From Promethearchaeota archaeon (lineage in GTDB: Archaea; Asgardarchaeota; Lokiarchaeia; Sigyniarchaeales; SOKP01): a stretch of 64,000 bases of DNA. Shown here piece after piece: positions 32,380 to 42,168 of this stretch (positions within the stretch are counted from its first letter, which is position 1; every line of letters starts with the position of its first letter). The stretch is taken from contig JALGVJ010000008.1 in the NCBI GenBank assembly GCA_029838195.1, positions 32,001 through 96,000 of the forward strand, written 5' to 3'. The notes under the pieces were generated by a model. The model was not told where the DNA came from. It made no database searches and worked only from the letters and a program-made list of their open reading frames with translations. The position numbers and the translations under genes are program-made.

Positions 32380-32736
32380 ATGACCTTTTTACCTTTAGAG
32401 GAGATAAATATTCAAGATGCCGTTTTAGAATTCTTATCTTTAATTGCCTATATTTTTCTTTTTGTCATGGTATTTTATGCGAGGAAAAAGAACAAGATTT
32501 TCGCTTCCAAGGGGTTTCCCTTGATGGTCTTAGCGATAATTATGGGGATTATAGGTGCGTTCATGGATTTTTTCACTGAATTTTATTGGTTTGATGATAT
32601 CAATAATTATATCATTTTTAAAACCGCGTTTTCCACCTTGCAAATCACAAGTCTTGGGATTTTTGCTCTCTCTCTACTTTTAGTTTTTATGTTTACGAAA
32701 TTCATGTTAGGTGAAGAAGAACAACAAGTTGAGTAA
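32380..32736 (+). CDS. Small membrane protein (about 3 TM), apparent paralogue of the upstream gene
   Basis: ATG 1 nt after the upstream stop, with a GGAGG Shine-Dalgarno. Shares a TM-basic loop-KGF-TM-D pattern with 32001-32378. Confidence 0.75.
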   Translation: MTFLPLEEINIQDAVLEFLSLIAYIFLFVMVFYARKKNKIFASKGFPLMVLAIIMGIIGAFMDFFTEFYWFDDINNYIIFKTAFSTLQITSLGIFALSLLLVFMFTKFMLGEEEQQVE

Positions 32737-32750
32737 GTCATCGAAGCGCC

Positions 32751-33542
32751 ATGTTACTTGAAGTTTTTATTATAATCGGTGAAGGAATGCTTTTATTGCG
32801 ACGTTCTTTCACGAAAAAAATGGAGGTGAATGGGGATCTTTTCAGTGCTCTCATAACTGCCATCGTTAGCTTCGTCTCGGAAATTCAAATGGGAGATGTT
32901 AGAAAATTCGAAACGGGAAACAAGCAAATCTTAATTTATCCTCACGAAAAAATCGTAATTGTTGGTATTGTTGATGAAAAGCATGAAGACGAGCACATTT
33001 ATAAATCATTGAAAATGATTGGAGAGGAATTCTCGAAGAAATATGAAAAAACGCTTTCTAATTGGACCGGAGAGTTAGATCCCTTCTGTGAGTTCACGCG
33101 CACTTTAGATGAAATCGTCTATAGTAATTTTGCAGAAGAATATATTTCTAAAGATTTTCCGAATAACGTTATTCGTTCAGTGAAAAAATTTCAAACGAAA
33201 TTCCAAAATGAAATCATGTATTTCATGGGCTCGAAAGCAGGTAGAAAACGTGCAAGCCTCCTAAAAAATCCCAAAAACTTTAAAAAAAGACTCCAGAAGG
33301 AATTAAATCTTTTTTCCATCAATAAAATAAAAGAAGAATCGGAAAATGAGCTTTTAATTGAAGTTCCTCTCTGCCCGTTCTGTAGAAAAATTAAAAATAA
33401 AGAGTTTTCATGCGATTTTTTCATGGGATTTATAGCAGGATTTGCTTCTAAATCTCTTGGAAAAAAAAATATCCAAGTTAAAGAAATTCATTGCTCGGCT
33501 CATGGAGATGAAACTTGTACTTTTCTCTTAAAAACAAATTGA
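32751..33542 (+). CDS. Longin-like domain fused to a V4R domain
   Basis: N-terminal VFII..G.LL...DLFSALITAIVSFVSEI...FSKKY...W.G...F..F has a longin pattern. C-terminal CPFC...C.FF.GFIAG...EIHCSAHGDETCTF is V4R. Confidence 0.75.
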   Translation: MLLEVFIIIGEGMLLLRRSFTKKMEVNGDLFSALITAIVSFVSEIQMGDVRKFETGNKQILIYPHEKIVIVGIVDEKHEDEHIYKSLKMIGEEFSKKYEKTLSNWTGELDPFCEFTRTLDEIVYSNFAEEYISKDFPNNVIRSVKKFQTKFQNEIMYFMGSKAGRKRASLLKNPKNFKKRLQKELNLFSINKIKEESENELLIEVPLCPFCRKIKNKEFSCDFFMGFIAGFASKSLGKKNIQVKEIHCSAHGDETCTFLLKTN

Positions 33543-33886
33543 TTTTTTATCCTTAAAAAATTGGTAAAAATTAAAAGATTTTCTTCTTTTTTCTTCAGAT
33601 TTTAAATTTTTAAGAATTATAATGGGATTAATTTTCTAGTAAAGAAACAAGGATGCTAATTAATGATCTTAGGACGTTTTTTTCCTAAAAACATGCCCGT
33701 TTTAAATATTTCAATCAATGGGGTTTTAGTCCTTTAAAATTTAATCTTCATTTTCAGCCGGATTCATTAAATAGAATTTTTAAAACCTTTATTACCATTA
33801 ATAACATTTTCTTTATTAGCGTATTTATAATAATTCAACGAACAATTATAATATAATAAAAAGTCTTAAAACAAAAATAAAAAAAG

Positions 33887-35203
33887 ATGAATTTCATGGA
33901 AAATGAAAATCAACAAGAAAATAAAACAAAACGATTTTGGGTGCAATGCATTTCCGATGAGATTTTAGAAAAATTAAGCTTGAAAAATCGCTATAAATTT
34001 TTAAACTTAAATTTGATGACCGTATTGGAACCGGACTATATTGATTTTTTAAAGCAAGCGGAAAAATTTTACATGAACCTCGAAAAAAAGCATGGTATCA
34101 CGCATAGAGAAGATTTTTATCAATGGATTCCGGAAATTGGAGAAGCGGGATTGGTAACGAGAGTGAATAAATTTGATGTCATAGGATTGAATTATGAGCC
34201 TTATGGGATGGTTGCGGAACTTATTAGGACAATCTCTACTGACTTTTTTGATCCTCAATTAGCCATGGGCATGGGGGCTACCGTTTTAGCAGTAAATCCC
34301 TTACTTTTACATCACGACAATGTTGATGTGCGATTAAATGCCCTTAAAGAAATGGTCACGGGCAAAAAAATAGGATGCATTTGCATAACGGAACCAGAAA
34401 GAGGCTCGGATGCCGTCCACATGCTTACAACGTGTGAAGAGCAACCTGACGGGAGCTTTATTATAAATGGGGAAAAAATATATCAAACCAATGGTTCTAA
34501 GGCGGATTGGGCTGTTGTATATGCGGTCTCGGAAAAAAATAATGGAAATACCATGGGACAATTTCTCGTTGATACATCATGGGAAGGTTGGAAAGCTGAG
34601 AGAGTGAACATATATTGGACTCCTCGTATGCACGTCGGAAAAGAAACTTTTACGAATTTGCGTGTACCAAAAGAATACGTATTAGCTTACCCCGGTCAAG
34701 GAAGGGAGCATCTTTTCGAAGGATTAAATCTGGAACGTTTAGGCATAGTGATCCTAAATATCTCAGAAGCATGGAATGCTCTCTCTTATGCATTTATTTA
34801 CGCTAATATGCGCAAGCAATTTAATCAAGAGATTTTAAAATATCAAGGTGTAGGATTTCCATTAGCGGACTTATGGGCTCAAACCATGAATCTTACCTTA
34901 GCGACTATAAAAATATGCGAATTAGTAGATTCTAAAATGGAAAAATTTAAAGGCATTCTTCCAAAAGACGTAAATTTAGCGTTAGGTGCTAATGCCTCTC
35001 AATTAAAGTCCCAATCAGCGAAATTAACAGAGCGCGTGTGCTATGAATGCGCGAATTTAATGGGAGGAGCAGGGGCTTGCGACAATACATTAATGCAAGA
35101 TCTCCTTGGAATCTCTAGAATCCAAGAAATGGGAGGAGGAACAAGACAAATTCAGCAACTATTGATGAGTTACGCCCTGCGAAGGATATTTAAAATGTTG
35201 TGA
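33887..35203 (+). CDS. Acyl-CoA dehydrogenase
   Basis: CITEPERGSD, INGEKIYQTNG, RKQFNQ, MGGAG and EMGGGTRQIQ. Confidence 0.9.
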   Translation: MNFMENENQQENKTKRFWVQCISDEILEKLSLKNRYKFLNLNLMTVLEPDYIDFLKQAEKFYMNLEKKHGITHREDFYQWIPEIGEAGLVTRVNKFDVIGLNYEPYGMVAELIRTISTDFFDPQLAMGMGATVLAVNPLLLHHDNVDVRLNALKEMVTGKKIGCICITEPERGSDAVHMLTTCEEQPDGSFIINGEKIYQTNGSKADWAVVYAVSEKNNGNTMGQFLVDTSWEGWKAERVNIYWTPRMHVGKETFTNLRVPKEYVLAYPGQGREHLFEGLNLERLGIVILNISEAWNALSYAFIYANMRKQFNQEILKYQGVGFPLADLWAQTMNLTLATIKICELVDSKMEKFKGILPKDVNLALGANASQLKSQSAKLTERVCYECANLMGGAGACDNTLMQDLLGISRIQEMGGGTRQIQQLLMSYALRRIFKML

Positions 35204-35326
35204 ATCTACGCCTACTTCCTCTTCTTTTCTCTTTATGATGTTCGGCAATTAAAAATTAAATTTTTTTTATTACCATTCTTTTTTTCTTTAGTTTTTAGAA
35301 TGAAAAAAAAGGGAGAGTGAAGAAGC

Positions 35327-35668
35327 TTGATAATAAAAGAATTATCTGACATTCAAGAATTAAACGTTACGGTTGCTAATTCTACTAAAACCACGGTAAA
35401 ATGGCTCATTACTAAAGAAGATGGAGCACGATATAATGCTACTCGACATTTCAAAATTCAGCCGGGAGGACAGATTGGAATCCATCAACATCCAGAAGAT
35501 CATCACATTTTTGTCTTACAAGGCCATGCAACGTTCATGGACGATAAAGGGAATAAGAAAGAAGTAAAACCTACCGATATAATTTATATTCCTCCAAATG
35601 AGCCCCATGGCATCATGAATGATGGAAAAGAACCATTTATTTTTCTTTGCATCATTCCCTATTTATAA
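35327..35668 (+). CDS. Cupin domain protein
   Basis: HQHPEDH.IFVLQG and YIPPNEPHG. Confidence 0.88.
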   Translation: MIIKELSDIQELNVTVANSTKTTVKWLITKEDGARYNATRHFKIQPGGQIGIHQHPEDHHIFVLQGHATFMDDKGNKKEVKPTDIIYIPPNEPHGIMNDGKEPFIFLCIIPYL

Positions 35669-35813
35669 TTTTTTTATTCATTCTTGAAAAATCAAATTTA
35701 AAAATTTGATCATTGAATCATTTGGAGAAAAAATGAGAAAAGATAAAAAAAGAAAAATACTTGATTTTTAACATGTAAGCATCAATTACTTGTTAATTGA
35801 AAGATCTTACGCC

Positions 35814-36635
35814 TTACTTTCCCTTGAAAATAGGCTCTTTTTTCGTCGTTAATGACTTTAGAGCCTCTCTAAAATCGTGGGTTTTCATGGTTTCTCTTAA
35901 CGCGATGTTTTCTAAATCAAGCGTCTTGGAGGCTATTTCTAAGAAATAAGCGTGCATGGTCTTCTTCATTAATTTAATCGAGACACTAGGGGCTTTTGGG
36001 GGCATCAATCGAAGCGCCTGGTCTCGCACGTACGAAAGTAATTCATCGTGAGGTACTACTTTATTAACGAGTCCCAAGCGTTCTGCCTCTTGTGCCGAGA
36101 TTTTATCTCCAAAATAGATGATTTCCTTAGCTTTTTGGAATCCCACGTAAAATGGGAGGATGAAAGACAGAGAAAATTCCGGAATAACGGCTCTTTTCAC
36201 GAAATAAAACCCCAACCAAGCATCATCTGCCATGTAAATCAAATCTGCACCTGCCAATGGCATGGTTATTCCGGCTCCGACAGCTAATCCGTTTATGGCG
36301 GCTATGACGGGCTTGCTAAACTGCCAAAAAGCCATGCATAACTTCTTTTGGGCGATGTCCTCTAAATCGATCTCATCGAGAATATCTTTCGGTAATCTCG
36401 TTAATAAATTCATGTTAAAATAACCTCCCGAGCTAAAGGCTTTACCCTCTTCAGAGCCCGTGATGATTAACACTTTTGCGTTCTTATCTTGTTCCATGTC
36501 TTCTAACGCCGTGCGAATTTCAAGGAAAGTCAGAAACGACATGGCATTTCTTCGCTTTGGTTGGTTGATAGTGATGGTACAAATTCCATTCTCCTCTTTT
36601 TCATATATTATGTCTTGAAAATCTTCAATATTCAT
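35814..36635 (-). CDS. Enoyl-CoA hydratase/isomerase family protein
   Basis: RRNAM, AFSSGG, KPVIAAINGLAVGAG and AQEAERLGLVN. Confidence 0.92.
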   Translation of the reverse strand: MNIEDFQDIIYEKEENGICTITINQPKRRNAMSFLTFLEIRTALEDMEQDKNAKVLIITGSEEGKAFSSGGYFNMNLLTRLPKDILDEIDLEDIAQKKLCMAFWQFSKPVIAAINGLAVGAGITMPLAGADLIYMADDAWLGFYFVKRAVIPEFSLSFILPFYVGFQKAKEIIYFGDKISAQEAERLGLVNKVVPHDELLSYVRDQALRLMPPKAPSVSIKLMKKTMHAYFLEIASKTLDLENIALRETMKTHDFREALKSLTTKKEPIFKGK

Positions 36636-36806
36636 TTTTCTACTACTCTTATTTCAATACCAACATGATTTAATTATCTAATAATTACACGATTAAGTTT
36701 TTTATTTTTATCTTTATTCCAATAATAAGTTATAAATCATTTCTGCGCCTTGTTCATGGAGAAAAAATTCTGCAAGTTGTTTTTAATTGTTTTTTCAACA
36801 CATTTC

Positions 36807-37604
36807 TCACATAAAGGGATCGATCTTTATGTAGGCATACGGTCTGAAAGTTTCTTGGTCAATTTCTGCTACAATTGTTCCCGGGCGCATCGAATTATCA
36901 CTCACTAAATATAAAGCACCCAATTCTCTTACCACTTCGACTTCGCTCCACGGATCTTTTTCCGAAAAATTGAGTTTGACGGTTCCTTCTCCAATTTTCA
37001 TCATGCTCGGCTTCATCGTGATCTCCTCCCGCATTAGGCGGGGGTTATAATCCAAATTAATTAAATCAGGAGCAGCGAAAAATTTAAAATTGTAAACCGT
37101 TGAGCTTGGTTTGGAGGGATTTAATCCTAGTTCCATCAATATTTTCAAGGCATCTGTTGTATTCGGTTTATTGGTTAATCTTGCACGGCCTTCAAAAACT
37201 CGTATACCATGACGCTCAAACCATCCTTCCACGTTATCTCCTTCCTTTTTCAAGTGCATGGTTGCAAGTTTTTTTGGATACCCGAATGTTTCTCTTCCTA
37301 AAATCAGCGCAATATCATTATCAACGGGCATGCTAAGACAATACATTCCTACAATGCCTTCATGCTCCGCATGAATGAATAGAGCTGCTTCTTTATAGCT
37401 CACGCCAAAATTTGTCCGGGGATAATTCGCCACAAAGGCACTTGCTACGGGATGCTTGGCAGGTTTTAAAGGAGGTGGAAGTAAGCGTTTAATTATATCT
37501 TCTTTTGTTTCCCAATAAATTACTAACATCTCAGCATCATAAAAATCGCCGGATTCCATCCTAAATTTTTGTTCTATCTCTTCCGGTGTTTTTACAAAAC
37601 TCAT
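36807..37604 (-). CDS. Acetoacetate decarboxylase family protein
   Basis: YKEAA and GRETFGYPKK (Schiff-base Lys). The start MSFVKT at 37604 is preferred. Confidence 0.85.
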   Translation of the reverse strand: MSFVKTPEEIEQKFRMESGDFYDAEMLVIYWETKEDIIKRLLPPPLKPAKHPVASAFVANYPRTNFGVSYKEAALFIHAEHEGIVGMYCLSMPVDNDIALILGRETFGYPKKLATMHLKKEGDNVEGWFERHGIRVFEGRARLTNKPNTTDALKILMELGLNPSKPSSTVYNFKFFAAPDLINLDYNPRLMREEITMKPSMMKIGEGTVKLNFSEKDPWSEVEVVRELGALYLVSDNSMRPGTIVAEIDQETFRPYAYIKIDPFM

Positions 37605-37848
37605 GGTATTTCCTTTATTTTGATTATTGAATGAATAGTATTTGCATGAGAATCTATATAAATGTTTCCTTAGCTTTTTTTCAAAAGAAAATGCCAAGAA
37701 TTTTGTTCCCAAGAATTCAGGAACTTCTTAACGCTAAACACCTTAATGCTTCAATACGCAAGTGGAAAGGATCGGATAAAAATAAATACCTTTCCTCCCT
37801 CCAACGGGATGGTTCTCTTCTTTTAAGAAGTTCTAATTCCACGGAATA

Positions 37849-38112
37849 TTAAGTTATTTTTAAATCTTCTCGCATTCTTTTCCATGCCTCATCAATGGTC
37901 AGAGTATTATATTTTACTGCTATGGGATAGTGCTTAGCGCAAAACCATTCTGCCCATGGTGGATGTCCAACGCTATGTATTTTTTTCATTCGTTTCCTCC
38001 ATTCTTCATCCGATTTTCGCATGACAAAATATACTAATCCTCCTTTTCCGGCAGGATCAAATCTTTCTCCACACACGGCGCAAATAGGGGGTCTCATTAT
38101 GGGTTCTCTCAA
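37849..38112 (-). CDS. Small Zn-binding hypothetical protein
   Basis: PPICAVC...GHPP..WFCAKH. Confidence 0.65.
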   Translation of the reverse strand: MREPIMRPPICAVCGERFDPAGKGGLVYFVMRKSDEEWRKRMKKIHSVGHPPWAEWFCAKHYPIAVKYNTLTIDEAWKRMREDLKIT

Positions 38113-38352
38113 ATTTTTAATATAATTGGAAGGATGATGTTCATATAAAAATTCTGATCATTCTCATTATTATTATTATTTTATATTATTTTTGTTTTTT
38201 TGTCCCTCGGAATTTATTCACTCGAAACCAACAGGAATGTTCTTTAATTCATGTGGGCTTTTCTCCATTTTTTTACCTCAGAGATGAATAAACAATTAAT
38301 ATTAGAAAAAATAATATTTTTATAATTAATCGAGAAAAACGGGAAATTATTA

Positions 38353-39882
38353 ATGTCAAAAATAAAAACCGCTTTTAATGAAATAAAAAATATCGTGGGA
38401 GATGATTTCATAACCGATAAAGATTTTATGAAAGCAGCCTATTCAAGAAATGTAGATCCCGCTTTTCCAGACAGATGGGCAGACATGATCGTGCGACCTG
38501 AATCAACTGAAGAAGTCTCTGAAATTGTCAAAATTGCTAATAAATACAAGATTCCCATGGTCCCTCGAGGCGGAGGCGCGGATCTGGTCGGAGGTTCGGT
38601 AAGCGATGGGGGAATTTTAATTGATTTAACGAGAATGAACCATGTTATTGACATAAACGAGACGGATTATTATTGCGAGGTGGAATGCGGAATTACATGG
38701 GGTGCTCTCTTAGCGGAATTACAGAAAAAAGAGCTAACCACGGGAGTTCTTGGTCCAGGCTCCGGCTTCTCTGCCACGATCGGCGGTGGATTATCGAACA
38801 GCACGGCAGGTTTTGGCTCTACTAAATATGGTCTGGTGCCAGATATCTGCTTGGGGGTGGAAGTTGTATTACCCGATCCCAAAGGCACGATCATGCGAAC
38901 GGGCGCAGCAGCAAATAAATACGCAAAACCCTTTTGCAGGTATGGCGTGGCACCGGATTTTACCAGTTTGTTCATGGGGGATGTGGGCACGCTGGGAATC
39001 AAAACAAAAGCTTTTTTACGATTATTTCCGGACACGCCTTATAAGAAACAGATGCTATATATCCTTCATGAAGATAATTATGAGACCGTTTATAAATTAA
39101 TGCATCTATTAAGGAAAAAAGTAAATGAGGGATTACATGATGTTTTTGTAGTACCCTTACGGGTAGTTCAATTACTTGGTACGTTCGCTATAAATAAACC
39201 TAAAAAACGGGCTAAATTGAGAGGCCCCGTATTTTCCATCCTTTTAGAAGCGCTTGATGAAAAAATTCTTGAACGATATCAAGAATTAGTAGAAGACATC
39301 ATGAAAAATGACACGCGCCCTTTTGAATGGCAAGAAATTGATTTAGATGCGGAATCATCTAAGGATTGGAAATTTAACTTGAAATATGCTTTCAATTATT
39401 TTAATAAATACATCTCGGTAATGCCACCAAAAATTTCATGTACGACATGCCATAAAATCCCCATTTCCGCACTCCCCGAAGTAGAAAAATCAAGTAGAGA
39501 GTTTGACAAAAAACATATCAATGAATTTCCACCTCAATCCATTTCTCTTTTTGCTACCGTGATTTTTCTCGTTCCTAATGGTAATTGCGTAGTAGTTGGG
39601 GGTTTCAACGCTGACAACGTAGATGAACATAGAGAACGTTCAATGAATTTATGGCATGAAAAACTAAGACATCAAGTGAAATATGGAGGTGTTCATTATT
39701 GGCTTGGAGAAGCGATTTCCCAATCGATCGTGGAGGCTAATGCCTATACGCCGGAGTTTTATCAATTTTTCAAGGATATTAAAAAGACCGTGGATCCCAA
39801 TTATCTTCTCAGTCCCAAGAAATTTCACATGTATAGTTATCAAGAAGATGTGAGCAAATATATCATTTCTGATGAGGATTAA
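38353..39882 (+). CDS. FAD-binding oxidoreductase (GlcD/D-lactate dehydrogenase-like, VAO fold)
   Basis: PRGGGADLVGGS, ATIGG, GTLGIKT and KKTVDPNYLLSP. Confidence 0.88.
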   Translation: MSKIKTAFNEIKNIVGDDFITDKDFMKAAYSRNVDPAFPDRWADMIVRPESTEEVSEIVKIANKYKIPMVPRGGGADLVGGSVSDGGILIDLTRMNHVIDINETDYYCEVECGITWGALLAELQKKELTTGVLGPGSGFSATIGGGLSNSTAGFGSTKYGLVPDICLGVEVVLPDPKGTIMRTGAAANKYAKPFCRYGVAPDFTSLFMGDVGTLGIKTKAFLRLFPDTPYKKQMLYILHEDNYETVYKLMHLLRKKVNEGLHDVFVVPLRVVQLLGTFAINKPKKRAKLRGPVFSILLEALDEKILERYQELVEDIMKNDTRPFEWQEIDLDAESSKDWKFNLKYAFNYFNKYISVMPPKISCTTCHKIPISALPEVEKSSREFDKKHINEFPPQSISLFATVIFLVPNGNCVVVGGFNADNVDEHRERSMNLWHEKLRHQVKYGGVHYWLGEAISQSIVEANAYTPEFYQFFKDIKKTVDPNYLLSPKKFHMYSYQEDVSKYIISDED

Positions 39883-40188
39883 TTATAGTTTGTTTTCACA
39901 GCTCCTCCTTTTCACTTAAGCTACAGATCTTTTAATTGTTTTTAAAATTTTTTGATTGTACTCAATAAAGATTATTTTAGTGAGAAAACTAGCGTAAATC
40001 TCATGATTTATTCTCATTCAATGAAAAAACGAGGGAGAGCGGAATTTGATGGAATTTAGTATTTATTGAGGCCCATGAAATATTTAAGACTTTTACAATA
40101 TTCTCGAAATTATTAATAGAAGTGGTAGATATTTATATATTTTAATTTTAATATTTAATCTGAAAAAAAAGAAAAATGGTAGGTAAAA

Positions 40189-41905
40189 ATGCCGAGTCAG
40201 TGTAAATTCGTGTTCGTGACGGGTGGTGTAATGAGTGGTATAGGTAAAGGAGTTGCTACGGCCAGTCTGGGAAAGATCCTTCAATTCCGTGGTTTTAACG
40301 TTTCAATCGTTAAAATTGACCCTTATCTTAACGTGGACCCCGGCACGCTTAATCCAATAGAACATGGTGAATGTTTTATCACGGAAGATGTATGGGATTT
40401 TAAACCAGTTCCCGAATCAGATGAAAAGGTTTATCGAATATCGGAAATTGACCAAGATTTCGGTACATTCCGTAATGCAATTCGCATGATGAGGTAAACA
40501 CGAAAGATTTCTTGGTATTGATATTCACCCTTCCCATAACATTACTTCAGGCCAAATATACCTTGCAACCATTCTCAGAGAGAGAAAGGGAAAATTTCTT
40601 GGAAAAACAGTCCAAATAATTCCACATTGCACGAATATGATAAAGGAGCGCTTATTAAGCATAGCAGAAAAAGAAGGACTTGAAGTTTTATTGGTGGAAT
40701 GCGGGGGAACGGTAGGCGACTTGGAATCCGGGATTTTCCTTGAAGCTTTTAGACAATTAAAATTAGAACTTCCAAAAAACAACACGGCTTTTGTACATGT
40801 CACGCTTGTTCCCTATTCCACGGTGATTGGTCAGCAAAAATCCAAACCGACGCAACATTCGGTAAAAATGCTTCAGAGTGCTGGTTTGCAACCCGATATT
40901 TTGATTGGACGGAGCGAAAAACCCTTAGAAGAGGATATACGGAAAAAATTATCTTTATTCACGAACGTTCCATTGAAGGCAGTCATTTCCAATCCCGATT
41001 TGGATTGCGTCTATGAACTACCCTTATTATTTGAAGAACAATCGATTGGAGATTATTTGTGTGAAATATTGGACTTAAAAGCAAAATTAGTTTCGTTTAA
41101 TGAGGTTACTAATTTTTCAGAATGGAAAAAAACGGTTGATAAATTTAAAAATGCCAAGAACAAAATTAGGATTGCGATGCCAGGAAAATATTTTAACATT
41201 ACGGATTCATATATTTCGATCAATGAAGCCTTAGAGCATGCCAGCATTCATCAAGGATTCACAACTGATTTAAAAATGATAAATATTGATGATAATACCA
41301 ATATTGAGGAAGAGGTAAAAGATTGCGATGGAATAGTTCTTACTCCGGGATTTGGCAGGAGAGCCGTTGAAGGAATGATCAAGAGCGCTGAAATTGCCAT
41401 GGAAAAAAAGATACCCTTTTTGGGGATATGTTTTGGTGCCCAGTTATTTTATGTAGCCTTTTGTAGAAAATATTTAGGTTTAAAAGGTGCTAATTCCACT
41501 GAAATTAACCCCAACACGCCCTATCCTGTTGTTGATTTATTAGAAAGCCAGAAAAACGTGAATGAAAAGGGAGGGACCATGAGATTAGGAGGTTTAAGAG
41601 TTATTATCGAAGAAAATACCATACTCCATGAAGCTTATAAAAAGAAAGAGATAATAGAGCGATTTCGACATCGTTATCACCTCATACCTCAAGGTCATTC
41701 GAAAGAAAAAGGTCTTATCGTCTCAAGCTGGGATGAGGAAAAAAAAATCATAAACAGCATAGAATTGGATAGAAAACTCCATGATTTCATGGTTGGAACG
41801 CAGTTTCATCCGGAATTCAAGTCCCGTCCCTTTCGTGCAAGTCCTATTTATTCTGCTTTTATCAAGGCTTGCATTCAATATAAACAAAAGAGGCAACCTT
41901 CTTAA
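40189..41905 (+). CDS. pyrG: CTP synthase in two exons (40189-40468 and 40500-41905), 561 aa after removal of a 31-nt intron
   Basis: [25 protein letters not shown], junction [41 protein letters not shown] (catalytic Cys), RHRY and QFHPEF. The exon lengths sum to 280+1406=1686 nt, or 562 codons including the stop. Confidence 0.93.
40469..40499 (+). other. Candidate BHB-type mRNA intron (31 nt) in pyrG
   Basis: Sequence TCCGTAATGCAATTCGCATGATGAGGTAAAC. Removing it restores the frame and the Tyr codon, and both junctions sit after the 2nd nt of each 3-nt bulge of a BHB fold. Confidence 0.85.
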
Positions 41906-42168
41906 ACCAAGAGTTTTACTATATTATTTTTCAATTTACGTTAATATTAAGCAAAAAAGCAAGATTCCTACATGTTAATCGCTATCATCCATGAAAGAAA
42001 ATAGACCGAGGGTTTAAATTTTTAAACAAATTTTAAATAAGGCATCGGATATTATCTAATGCTTTTTCTTAAGATTTACTTAAAGATGATTAAGGATTTA
42101 ATAAAAGGCATGGAAAAAAATAATAGATGCGGTAAATTTAATATATAAACAATAGAAAAAAAACATCG

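Noticed and set aside
40465-40500. Ribosomal hopping (ACA take-off at 40465, ACA landing at 40498) or stop readthrough as the way to express pyrG
   Set aside because: Both ACA codons are in the same frame as exon 1, so hopping or readthrough continues in the wrong frame (CGA AAG...). A +1 frameshift would leave about 10 extra residues inside the conserved GxYERF motif.
40189-41905. pyrG as a simple pseudogene or sequencing frameshift
   Set aside because: The lesion is a 31-nt non-duplicated insertion, not a homopolymer indel. All other motifs are intact, and the boundaries match BHB cleavage geometry. It is not fully excluded without reads.
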